A stretch of 64,000 nucleotides of DNA. Origin: a virus. The position numbers and the translations under genes are program-made. The stretch lies in IMG/VR virus record IMGVR_UViG_3300027749_000038, one strand, 5' to 3'. The notes under the pieces were generated by a model. The model worked only from the letters and a program-made list of their open reading frames with translations, was not told the DNA's origin and ran no database searches. Numbering within the stretch: the stretch's first letter is position 1; each line of letters opens with the position of its first letter. Positions 9,271 through 17,932 of the stretch are shown in pieces.

Positions 9271-9335
9271 AAAGTAGTTAAAAAGCAAAGAAAAATGCTT
9301 AAAAACTGGGAAAAAGTGCTTAAAAACTGGGAAAA
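9248..9335. repeat. nine helically phased A4-5 tracts (intrinsically bent DNA)
   Basis: Tracts start at 9248, 9259, 9269, 9280, 9291, 9301, 9311, 9322, 9332; mean spacing 10.5 bp. Confidence 0.9.
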
Positions 9336-9424
9336 GTTTGATAGAATTGATAATTCTCTAGAAGCAAATAGAAAAAATACAGAAATACGTAGGTTTTCTC
9401 TTTCTGTTTTAACTAAATAATAGA

Positions 9425-10393
9425 ATGAGAGATCGAGACACTATTCTATTAGAGCAAGCCTATCAAAGAGTCTTATTAAAAGAAGATCCGGATAGCACTA
9501 TAAGTCAGGCTTCCGGGACGAGATTACAATATAATGATAAGGATGCTAGACCCTTTGGGTTTGTGAATATAGATCAACCTCGTACAGTGGCTAGACTCGG
9601 TATTACTTTTAGAGGATTTGGACCTAAGTGGCATAATAAATTGTACTTGGCTCCTGCCATAAAATTTAAGACTCCGGCAGCAAAGAGTGGTTCTGAAGGA
9701 GCCTTTGTGGATGAAGAAGAAGATTATTATGGAGAAGAAGCCTGGACTCATAGTAGATTGTTGGATGAGGCTTTGGCTGATATCTTTAATAGTCCTATTG
9801 GAATTATAGAAGGGGGAGTATTCAATAAACAAATCAGAGATCCGGATTTAATAAACAAGACTCTGGATTTGTCTAATCCTTTTGCGGACCAGGTGGAATT
9901 GGACCGAATGAAAAAAGACTTTATAAGAGTTCAAGGATGGAGTGTGGGTTCTAGATCTTTCTTAGCTCCGGCTGGTAGAGTGTGGACTGAGGCAAAGGTG
10001 ATTTCTTTTTGGGCGGTTAGACAGGAAGTTAAACCGGAACATTTGAACAAGGTATTTGCAGGCTTGGGAATTCCTATGGAAGAGGCTTATGGATATGAAC
10101 TAGAATTTGGAGGAGATGATTATCCGGCTGAAACAGTTGGTGAGTTTCTTAGAGGTTCTAAGGTTAATACTTTGTCTAAAGAAGAACAAGAAGCTAAAGA
10201 TAAGAAAGCAGCTGAAGATCAAGCTAAAGCTCATGGAGCTGCAGCAATAGGAACTAAGGATAAAGATGTGCAAAAGATTATAGATGCAAGAAAACAAGCG
10301 ATGGCTAGGATGAATCATCAATTGAGAAACCAAGGAACTATACCTTCTTTACCGGAGAGACAAGCCACTATGACTAGTGAGTCCTGTAAATAA
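9425..10393 (+). CDS. putative virion-internal protein, paralog of 10711..11625
   Basis: MRDRDTILLEQAY leader, LLKE|DPD; near-identical C-terminus to the paralog. Confidence 0.8.
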   Translation: MRDRDTILLEQAYQRVLLKEDPDSTISQASGTRLQYNDKDARPFGFVNIDQPRTVARLGITFRGFGPKWHNKLYLAPAIKFKTPAAKSGSEGAFVDEEEDYYGEEAWTHSRLLDEALADIFNSPIGIIEGGVFNKQIRDPDLINKTLDLSNPFADQVELDRMKKDFIRVQGWSVGSRSFLAPAGRVWTEAKVISFWAVRQEVKPEHLNKVFAGLGIPMEEAYGYELEFGGDDYPAETVGEFLRGSKVNTLSKEEQEAKDKKAAEDQAKAHGAAAIGTKDKDVQKIIDARKQAMARMNHQLRNQGTIPSLPERQATMTSESCK

Positions 10394-10397
10394 TAAT

Positions 10398-10691
10398 ATG
10401 AAGACAAAATTACAAAGTCAGTTTGAAAATGTATATCGTTCGGTGATCAACGAACAACAAGGTCCTAGTGTGTATGCGATATTTGATGCAAATGCATCAG
10501 ATACGAGTATGGATCTTCTTATTGGTTTGTATCTAGATAAAGGACAAGCCGATGAAGCATGCAGAGAATATGAACAAGAGAACTTTAGTGACACAGGATA
10601 TGGCCCAAGACCTTATGTAATTTCACTTCCTACAGGTGGAGCAGCCAGTGACTCATATCTTCGCAGTGCAAAAGATCATATGCAACACTAG
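10398..10691 (+). CDS. late small protein with leader (..VINE|Q), distantly similar to 6069..6296
   Basis: GTAAATA 5 nt before ATG; VYAIF...LLIGLYLDKGQADEA. Confidence 0.7.
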   Translation: MKTKLQSQFENVYRSVINEQQGPSVYAIFDANASDTSMDLLIGLYLDKGQADEACREYEQENFSDTGYGPRPYVISLPTGGAASDSYLRSAKDHMQH

Positions 10692-10710
10692 GTATAAATA
10701 AATAAAAGGT

Positions 10711-11625
10711 ATGAAGTCCAAAGACCAACAACTCTTAGAAGAAGCTTACATGAAGATTCTTCTAAAAGAAGATCCAGATAATACAATTGTTCCAAAAACT
10801 AATCACAGAGTAAATTGGGATGATGATGATGCAAGAGCATTTGGATATGTTAATATAGACAAAGAGCTTAAACTTTACATAAAGACTCCTCTTGTCTTTA
10901 AGGACTTTGGGCCAAAATGGCATAATAAATTTTATATTCAATATGAAGACGACCAGCAGGAAACTCATGGAGATCTTATGAAAAGAATTATGAAAGAGGT
11001 GTTCAAGAGTCCTCAAGGTATTATTGAAGGAGGAATATTTGATCATGTTCTTCCAGCCAAATTTTCCTCATATCTAGGAAAAGCAATAGATTTATCTAAG
11101 AATCCTTTTTCTCCAGAAGATTTCTTTACTCTTACTAAGGAGCTAATATTCAAAAAATTGAACAGGACCATTAATGCTAGAGAATTTTTAGTTCCTGCAG
11201 GACGTATTTGGACTGATGCAAATGTTGTTTCTTTCTGGGCAAGACGAAGAGAGGTCACAGCAGAACATTTGAATGCTTTGTTTGAAGGTGTATATATTCC
11301 CATGGAACAGGCTTATAAATTCCATATTGAGTTCATAGGGGATCTTTATGGACCGACCCAAACCGTTGGAGAATATCTTTCCAATACCAAAGCTCCAATC
11401 TATTCCAAAGAAGAACAAGAAGCTAGCAACAAGAAAGCAGCAGAAGATATGGCTAAAGCTCATGCAGCTGCAGCATTGGGTACTAAAGATAAGGATGTGC
11501 AAAAGATTATAGATGCAAGAAAGCAAGCGATGGCTAGGATGAATCATCAATTAAGAAACCAAGGGACTATACCATCCATAGCTACTACACAACGAGCTAT
11601 GACTAGTGAATCTAATAAGTACTAA
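10711..11625 (+). CDS. putative virion-internal protein, paralog of 9425..10393
   Basis: MKSKDQQLLEEAY leader; TATAAATA upstream. Confidence 0.8.
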   Translation: MKSKDQQLLEEAYMKILLKEDPDNTIVPKTNHRVNWDDDDARAFGYVNIDKELKLYIKTPLVFKDFGPKWHNKFYIQYEDDQQETHGDLMKRIMKEVFKSPQGIIEGGIFDHVLPAKFSSYLGKAIDLSKNPFSPEDFFTLTKELIFKKLNRTINAREFLVPAGRIWTDANVVSFWARRREVTAEHLNALFEGVYIPMEQAYKFHIEFIGDLYGPTQTVGEYLSNTKAPIYSKEEQEASNKKAAEDMAKAHAAAALGTKDKDVQKIIDARKQAMARMNHQLRNQGTIPSIATTQRAMTSESNKY

Positions 11626-11626
11626 G

Positions 11627-12448
11627 ATGAGAGATCGTGATACCATTCTATTAGAACAAGCCTATCGGTTGATCTTAGAAACTAAAGATAGACATAAGAA
11701 AAACTCTATCGTACAAGATATAGTTGGGTTTGGTAGATGGGAATGGGTTGATAGACAATTTTTTCCTTGTACAGAAGAAGGAGAAAAACAAGCAGAAGCC
11801 TTAGTAGATAGTTTTGAATTTGGTGGTAATGTTAGATATACCAGAGGCAAGTATTTGGCTATTGAAATACAGATTCCAGAAGAGGATGTAAGAGAATATG
11901 CCAGAAGAACCTTAGCTGGAGAAAAGGGTTTAACTCTTCCACCCAAACCTCAAATACCAGAGATAAGATTTGAGAACATTAAAAACCTAAAGGCAGAGAG
12001 TTCTCATTTAATGTATGACTTCGGTGGTTCTGAAAGTATAAAGCTTCAACCTCAACAAGCCACTATTACTGATATTGTGGTAGTAGATAAATCAAAACCT
12101 AGGACTGAAGAGTTGGAGGATGCTAATGATAAGACTCTTTACTTTGTCAAGGCTAATCTTTTTGCTCCTATTACTCTACCCAAACCAGCCCAAGAGATCC
12201 ATGTTGGCAAGTTGTTTAGATATGCCAGGGTTCCACAGAAGATCAATGCCTTGGTAGATAACATAGACAGACACTTATTAAAAGGGGGTACCCTTAGTAT
12301 ATTTGAAGACTCTGATGAAGACTCAGGTTCTAATTATGAACCGCTGATGAACAGGTTAATACAAACCTTTGAGACCATAGGTTATACGTTAATAAAGACT
12401 GAGTCTATAAACTCAGATAAAATAGAGATGACTATTTTTAGAAAATAA
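11627..12448 (+). CDS. putative virion-internal protein, possible SAM-methyltransferase-like C-terminal fold
   Basis: MRDRDTILLEQAY leader; LMYDFGGS and LLKGGTLSIFE resemble class I MTase strands (weak). Confidence 0.65.
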   Translation: MRDRDTILLEQAYRLILETKDRHKKNSIVQDIVGFGRWEWVDRQFFPCTEEGEKQAEALVDSFEFGGNVRYTRGKYLAIEIQIPEEDVREYARRTLAGEKGLTLPPKPQIPEIRFENIKNLKAESSHLMYDFGGSESIKLQPQQATITDIVVVDKSKPRTEELEDANDKTLYFVKANLFAPITLPKPAQEIHVGKLFRYARVPQKINALVDNIDRHLLKGGTLSIFEDSDEDSGSNYEPLMNRLIQTFETIGYTLIKTESINSDKIEMTIFRK

Positions 12449-12450
12449 TC

Positions 12451-12480
12451 ATAAATAATCATAAATAATCATAAATAATA
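12451..12480 (+). repeat. 3x 10-bp tandem repeat ATAAATAATC of the late promoter motif
   Basis: ataaataatc ataaataatc ataaataata directly before ATG 12483. Confidence 0.9.
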
Positions 12481-12482
12481 TT

Positions 12483-12785
12483 ATGAAGTCCAAAGACCAA
12501 CAACTCTTAGAAGAAGCTTACAAGAAAGTTATAGAAGGTCATCAAATTATGACTCCTAAACAGGAAGTTCGTTATCAGGAACTAACCGATGCTGGTTATG
12601 AATTTGACTATTGGAAAGAAGAGAACCTTGTTATGACCCGGAAAGAAAGAGGAACAGAACATACTCGGAACTTGGACTCTTTAATGGTTCTTCCAGATGG
12701 AAGATGTATGGATTTAGATCCACAAGAGGATGAAGAACCGGAAAGGAATGATTGGGATGAGTGGGATGATATGACTCTACGTTAA
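12483..12785 (+). CDS. putative virion-internal acidic protein with MKSKDQQLLEEAY leader
   Basis: First 40 nt identical to those of 10711. Confidence 0.78.
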   Translation: MKSKDQQLLEEAYKKVIEGHQIMTPKQEVRYQELTDAGYEFDYWKEENLVMTRKERGTEHTRNLDSLMVLPDGRCMDLDPQEDEEPERNDWDEWDDMTLR

Positions 12786-12960
12786 TGAAAAGACTTTGGT
12801 ATCTATAGCAGACCAGGTGGCTATCATTAGAACGATTATCATTTTAACATACCTTATTACCAATTTGTTTATAGTGGCAGGGATTATCAGACATTGGAAT
12901 ACTTGAGTTAATAGCAACGTGGGTGATAATACATTATAGAATAATAAGGTAAAGTTTAAT

Positions 12961-13260
12961 ATGGACCAAGAGTTTTTAAGCATAGAAGAATTCTTACAAC
13001 AAATTCGATGGAGAGTACAACATACTAGTAAGGCTATAGATGATAAGAACTATGAGCTAGCAGAAGAACATAGTAAGATAGTAAATGATGTATTACTACC
13101 CACAGCTTTAAGATTTAACTTTATAGCAGAAGCTATAAGAACGGTATCAGAAGAAATGGAAAAGATAATGGCTTTGGATACTAGTAAAGCAAAGAAGAGA
13201 AAAGCCTTTACGATAACGAGCGACAATCTAACCGAAGAGATACCAAAGGAATTGGTATAA
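12961..13260 (+). CDS. hypothetical helical protein
   Basis: 99-aa ORF. Confidence 0.65.
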   Translation: MDQEFLSIEEFLQQIRWRVQHTSKAIDDKNYELAEEHSKIVNDVLLPTALRFNFIAEAIRTVSEEMEKIMALDTSKAKKRKAFTITSDNLTEEIPKELV

Positions 13261-13697
13261 ACAACCGATAGATAAATTAAGGTAATAGCAACGCAGTCTA
13301 TATTAACGCATACCTTAATAGAGCCAAGGTTTATAGTACCTCCTTTATTAGAGCATCCCTAATACTACAGACCTCTTAACTAATAGAACTAGGATAATAA
13401 AGACCCTAGGTTCCAGAGTATCCTAAGAGATAAACAAAGTAAGGTCTGACCTTAATAGTAAAGTCCTACCTAACAAGAGAAAAAAGACAAAGGGTAATGT
13501 AAAGGTAAAAGTAAATGGTTGGTGAAGAAGAGATTAAAGACAAAGAGTCAATAAAAAGGGTGATGTGAAGGTAATCAAGTACAGAAGAATGGTAAACCAA
13601 TGTATTAGCCTTAGGGAACTTACCTTAACTTCAACCAATTTCTACAAATGACTAATCGACTATTGCTTTCCCAGGGTCCCAAAGGTATAATAGAACT

Positions 13698-13907
13698 ATG
13701 TCCAACCCAACTAGTAATGAAGCAACGGAACCGAAAATCTGGGGTCCTATGGGTCGGAAGATCTATGAAATGGATCCTAATAGACCCCCCTCAGAATTGG
13801 CGATGTATGGAATCACCCCGACCAATACCCCCTTGAGTCCGGATGGATCAGCCCTCCTTTCCCCCTCTAAGGCGGAGGAGACTCTATACCCCCCGGAAGG
13901 GAGCTGA
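13698..13907 (+). CDS. early Pro-rich hypothetical protein
   Basis: TTGCTT-17 bp-TATAAT-6 nt-ATG. Confidence 0.6.
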   Translation: MSNPTSNEATEPKIWGPMGRKIYEMDPNRPPSELAMYGITPTNTPLSPDGSALLSPSKAEETLYPPEGS

Positions 13908-13981
13908 GTTCGATTCTCCCCTAGATCAGGAGATGAAAGATCCTCGTTGAGGTTCCCTCTATCATCCTCTATGATATTTAC

Positions 13982-14296
13982 ATGATGAAAAACACGATAG
14001 CTGACGCGAACGAAATTACGAACGAGATCTTCAATGAATACGAATACGATCTTCGAAACATATCTTTTAAAGAATGTTTAGAATTTGCGAAAGATTGTAC
14101 AAAAGATCAATGGTTAGAAGAAGCTCAAGATTTCATTAATGCAGATATTGAAGCCTGGACATTAGAAAATAATGATTTAGAAGTTGGAGAAGATACAGAA
14201 GAAGCTCAAGTTTTATTAGTTAAATTGTTAGATGTCGAATATGATAAGATCTTAAAACATCTGATGAAAGATGTTACGATCGAATACGCTAACTAA
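13982..14296 (+). CDS. early acidic hypothetical protein
   Basis: Promoter copy at 13947. Confidence 0.8.
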   Translation: MMKNTIADANEITNEIFNEYEYDLRNISFKECLEFAKDCTKDQWLEEAQDFINADIEAWTLENNDLEVGEDTEEAQVLLVKLLDVEYDKILKHLMKDVTIEYAN

Positions 14297-14316
14297 ATCA
14301 TAGAAAGAAACATAAG

Positions 14317-14577
14317 ATGAAATCTATCAAGATCGAAGCGAAGCGCGTAACTGAAAAGCTCTTTACACAAGTAAAGTATCAAAAGTATTCTCCAGAGAAT
14401 CTAGAATCTGCTTACTATGAAGTATATTCATATTGGAGAATCTTTAATAACGATGTAGATATACGTCTCGTCTTAGACGATCAAGTTCTATTTGATAACG
14501 GCGAGATCGTTAATTACGATAGTAAGCATCCGCTCGTTCTCATCAATACATTAGTAGATCCAGAGACATATCGATAG
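14317..14577 (+). CDS. hypothetical protein
   Basis: 86-aa ORF. Confidence 0.7.
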   Translation: MKSIKIEAKRVTEKLFTQVKYQKYSPENLESAYYEVYSYWRIFNNDVDIRLVLDDQVLFDNGEIVNYDSKHPLVLINTLVDPETYR

Positions 14578-14647
14578 CACATTCCGTGGAACCTCACGAC
14601 AAAAAGAAGTTCGTGAGTTTCCCCCTATAAACCTCTAAGATATTTAC

Positions 14648-15295
14648 ATGATGAAAAAAGTATATCGTTTGAAGCTCGACGCCAAAGCCAAAGCCGCAAA
14701 GGCTAAGATCAAGGAAGTCTCTGGTGGAGACCAGTTCAAGAACCTTAAGGATTGGGTGGTCTTCTTTAAAGAGAATGAGCGCCTCCCTTCCCAGAAGATC
14801 ACCTGTGCTTCTTGCAAGACTAAGCAGACCTCGATGTTCGGAGACAACCTGAAGCGAACGCTTCCCAAGTACGGGTCTATCGAAGGTCTGCTTACGAAGT
14901 TCGAATGCAGTGATTGTCGTAAGGCTAAAGCCCCGGCGAAAGAAGCTAAACAAGTTAAGGTTCCGAAGAGTGGTAAAGCTAAGGCAGGTGATATTAACGT
15001 ATCAGGTAATACTGTAGAGGATTACCTAACCGTGGATGATATCGAGGACCGTAAAGAGAAGGTCCGTGCTACTCTACCCAAGTTTGATCCGGATCGTAAG
15101 CCAGTTAAGGTCAATTTCAAAGACCAAGACGAAGTAGAAGAGCTTACCCGGGGAGTTTGTCAGCGTCCCGATATCTATCTGGATGCCGGTTGTTCCCAGT
15201 GCCCCATTTCCCAGTACTGCATCGCGGGATGTAAGGACATGAGAAGGAAGCCAGAGGATACCCGGAAGTCCCAGGGACCGAAGCGTAAGAAGTAA
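14648..15295 (+). CDS. early basic Zn-binding protein (CASC, CSDC, C-terminal Cys cluster)
   Basis: Multiple CxxC motifs, Lys-rich; promoter copy at 14613. Confidence 0.8.
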   Translation: MMKKVYRLKLDAKAKAAKAKIKEVSGGDQFKNLKDWVVFFKENERLPSQKITCASCKTKQTSMFGDNLKRTLPKYGSIEGLLTKFECSDCRKAKAPAKEAKQVKVPKSGKAKAGDINVSGNTVEDYLTVDDIEDRKEKVRATLPKFDPDRKPVKVNFKDQDEVEELTRGVCQRPDIYLDAGCSQCPISQYCIAGCKDMRRKPEDTRKSQGPKRKK

Positions 15296-15312
15296 TTTCA
15301 TCATGGGCGGAG

Positions 15313-15381
15313 AACTTCTTAGGAAGGCCTTCCCTCTTGTGTGAGAGGGACGTTTTTCATCATGTACCTTCCTAAGAAGTT
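15313..15381. repeat. 15-bp perfect inverted repeat enclosing a 7-bp hairpin, between convergent genes
   Basis: aacttcttaggaagg/ccttcctaagaagtt; inner tccctct/agaggga. Confidence 0.9.
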
Positions 15382-15399
15382 TCTTTCTCTTATATATGT

Positions 15400-15984
15400 T
15401 TAGTGTGTAGCACCTTTAGAAAGATTGTCTTTAGCCCATAACGGTTGGAGGTTGGTATAGTGATTAGCTCTTTTAACTTCTTCTGGGTCTAATAGATTAA
15501 AACTAGACAATGGTTTGATGTGATCGATATGCCAAGTATACAAACCATGATTTTTCCAAGACATACCTTCTTTGAATTGAGATTCGATATGTTTAACCAC
15601 TTCTTCTGTAGAACATCCAAAAGTTACTTTTGTTGTTCTGACAACTTTGCCGTTATATATGTTCTTCAGAACCTTATCTATTCTATTTCTAAGACTACAC
15701 AACAATTTATAAGAGGGATCTTTTGCTTTGCGTTGTTTGTGATAGTTATATGTTTTGAGAGTTTTTCTATAAGCTCTTCGTCTCTCTTTGAAGGATTCTC
15801 TTGATCTTTGAATCTTTTGTTGAGTTCTTACCTTTTCTCGATTGTTTGCATTATATGTTCTACAATTTAAGTATCTACACTTTTTACATTGATTTCCCAC
15901 TTTATAAAAAAGATCAATGGATTTTAGTTCTGAACAAATAGAACAAACTTTAGCGAGATCGGTAGTATGGTTATTAGTTAACAT
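15400..15984 (-). mobile_element. free-standing HNH homing endonuclease (paralog of 3327..3917)
   Basis: Same N-terminus (TNNHTTxLxKVCSxCSE) and WHIDHIKPL...NHYTNLQPLWAKDN. Confidence 0.88.
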
Positions 15985-15998
15985 AGGTATAAATATTT

Positions 15999-16059
15999 AT
16001 CCCCAAGGACCGGGTTTTGGTTAACATAGGAAATTAAATGAGCGAAGGTCCTTGGGGAT
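15999..16059. repeat. 13-bp perfect inverted repeat with 35-nt loop upstream of the HNH gene
   Basis: atccccaaggacc / ggtccttggggat; homolog of 3932-3992 with two compensatory pair changes. Confidence 0.95.
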
Positions 16060-16181
16060 TTGATTCCCTTCCCGGGAGTTTTCATTCCCTGCCCAATTAT
16101 CTATAACTCGTTCTCAATCAAGGTTCTTCCCCTAGAGAAAAAAAGATGGAAGTTCCCTGTACTTTGACTCATAATATTCTC

Positions 16182-16358
16182 ATGATTCGTTCCTTGTCCC
16201 TCTTCGCGTTCCTGGTGTCCCTCACCTACCTCACCTGCCCGGACATCCTCACCTACGCAACCCTCACCGTCCTAGCAGTCCTTTCCCTGGCGATCCACCT
16301 TTCCCACTACGTCCTCCTGGGACTGTTGTTCTTCGCAGTCATCCTCATCGCTCGATAA
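16182..16358 (+). CDS. early small membrane protein
   Basis: Very hydrophobic 58 aa; promoter copy at 16147. Confidence 0.7.
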   Translation: MIRSLSLFAFLVSLTYLTCPDILTYATLTVLAVLSLAIHLSHYVLLGLLFFAVILIAR

Positions 16359-16396
16359 GCCTTGTGTTTCCCCTCTTCCTCCTCCATAATAGAAAC

Positions 16397-16549
16397 ATGA
16401 TTAACGAATACGACATGTCCACCGTAGACAAGCTCAACCTCATCGCTCAGGTGTTCGGGAAGATCGCGATCAACTTCTGGCCGGTGATTGTCCTGGGAAT
16501 CGTTGCAGCAGTGATCCTCCACAAGCATGAGACCCGCAGGACGCGCTAA
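16397..16549 (+). CDS. early single-TM protein
   Basis: Promoter copy at 16362; hydrophobic segment followed by a basic tail. Confidence 0.7.
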   Translation: MINEYDMSTVDKLNLIAQVFGKIAINFWPVIVLGIVAAVILHKHETRRTR

Positions 16550-16557
16550 TTATTAAC

Positions 16558-16788
16558 ATGGGACTCGAGAAAGCAATTCAATATGGTAAAGAACACCGTC
16601 AGCCTTATCGCGGAAGTAAAGCTTGGGATTCTCATTGTAGGAATCACAACGCTTGTGACTATTGTAGGAACAATCGACTTCACGCCGACCAAGTCCGGGA
16701 ATATAGTGCCCGAGAAGAACCCCTGGATTGGGAACTCGACCAGAGCCTCTATCCAGAGTGGTTTGAGCTAGACGGAGTCGCGGAATAG
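16558..16788 (+). CDS. conserved phage protein (KAIxxGKEHRxPYRGSKA..CRNH..C.YC family)
   Basis: Recognisable Cys/His motif family of unknown function. Confidence 0.8.
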   Translation: MGLEKAIQYGKEHRQPYRGSKAWDSHCRNHNACDYCRNNRLHADQVREYSAREEPLDWELDQSLYPEWFELDGVAE

Positions 16789-16825
16789 AGTGGAGGTTCC
16801 CCACATTAACCCTTAAGATATTAGC

Positions 16826-17011
16826 ATGATGAACGAAACAGAGAAGAAGTACAAAGCCAACGTCAAGCGCCTCGAACGGTTCGCCAAAGCTTTCACCAAG
16901 CTGAAGGTGAAGTTCCCCGAGGTCGTAGTCAGAGGAGACCAGAACGGATTTGCCCAGGCGACCATCCACGGTCTCCCAGGAGAGCAAGCCCGGGCCTATT
17001 TGAGCAACTAA
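16826..17011 (+). CDS. early hypothetical protein
   Basis: Promoter copy at 16791. Confidence 0.75.
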   Translation: MMNETEKKYKANVKRLERFAKAFTKLKVKFPEVVVRGDQNGFAQATIHGLPGEQARAYLSN

Positions 17012-17050
17012 GCCTTGCGGTTCCCCACATTAACCCTTAAGATAATCACA

Positions 17051-17248
17051 ATGAGTTACAAAGTCCTCACCCGTTCACTCGCCACCGACAAGTACCCCTA
17101 CCGGACCCATTCCGAGCACGAGACCCTCTGGCAGGCTATGTCAGTAGCTTCCCGGCTTGAGAAGAACACCGAGCTGGATGTCCTGGTCGAGCTCACCGAC
17201 AATGAGATCGTCAAAGTTCCCTTCAACGTCCTCGCTCTTGAAGCTTGA
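17051..17248 (+). CDS. early hypothetical protein
   Basis: Promoter copy at 17015. Confidence 0.75.
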   Translation: MSYKVLTRSLATDKYPYRTHSEHETLWQAMSVASRLEKNTELDVLVELTDNEIVKVPFNVLALEA

Positions 17249-17280
17249 GCTTCCCCACATAAACCCCTAAGATAAACACC

Positions 17281-17466
17281 ATGACAGACATCCTCGAATT
17301 CCGCAAGCAACTCGCAGCCAAGCACCCTAAGCTCGAACAGGTGATGAGAGGGCCAGCGCCTTCCCTCAAACTGCAAGCCACGATGCAGAAGTTCAGCCAG
17401 CAGCTCTGCTTGGCTAGGGCCAAGCAGAGGGAAGGAGTGGTCCTCAAGACTCCCGAGCGTGAGTAA
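17281..17466 (+). CDS. early hypothetical protein
   Basis: Promoter copy at 17245. Confidence 0.7.
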   Translation: MTDILEFRKQLAAKHPKLEQVMRGPAPSLKLQATMQKFSQQLCLARAKQREGVVLKTPERE

Positions 17467-17504
17467 GTGTTGAGCTTCCCCCTTATAACCCTTAAGATAT
17501 TTAC

Positions 17505-17888
17505 ATGATGAATGACACGATGATTGCCCGCACCGAACTCGAAGAGCTGATGGATGAGTATTGTGACTACCACAAGGACGTCCACGGTGTCAAGGCTCGT
17601 TGGATCTACAACACCGGAGTCACGGTAGAGGAGCTGAAGAGGATGCTCGCTAGCCTGGAACGTCAGTACCACGAGCAGGTCGAGTTCGAGCGCAAGCAGT
17701 CGGCTCGCAATGAGCAGGCAGCTCGGGAGCAGATCCGGGTCCTCATGCAGCACGGGGCTCAGGACGTGGCGATGGCGATCCGCTGGTTACACGATGCTCA
17801 GGACACCCAAGGGGACAATCGGTTCCTCGACTTCGACCTGGGATGTACCTACGGCTTCATCGACAGCCTTCTCAAGAACGGCCTCTAA
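17505..17888 (+). CDS. early conserved hypothetical protein (Y.DYHKDVHGVKAR motif)
   Basis: Promoter copy at 17470. Confidence 0.8.
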   Translation: MMNDTMIARTELEELMDEYCDYHKDVHGVKARWIYNTGVTVEELKRMLASLERQYHEQVEFERKQSARNEQAAREQIRVLMQHGAQDVAMAIRWLHDAQDTQGDNRFLDFDLGCTYGFIDSLLKNGL

Positions 17889-17932
17889 GAGAGGTGTTGA
17901 GCTTCCCCAGTATCTCCTTTAAGATCTTAACA

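Noticed and set aside
13906-13918. tRNA-like T-loop GAGTTCGATTCTC
   Set aside because: No acceptor, D or anticodon arms can be built around it
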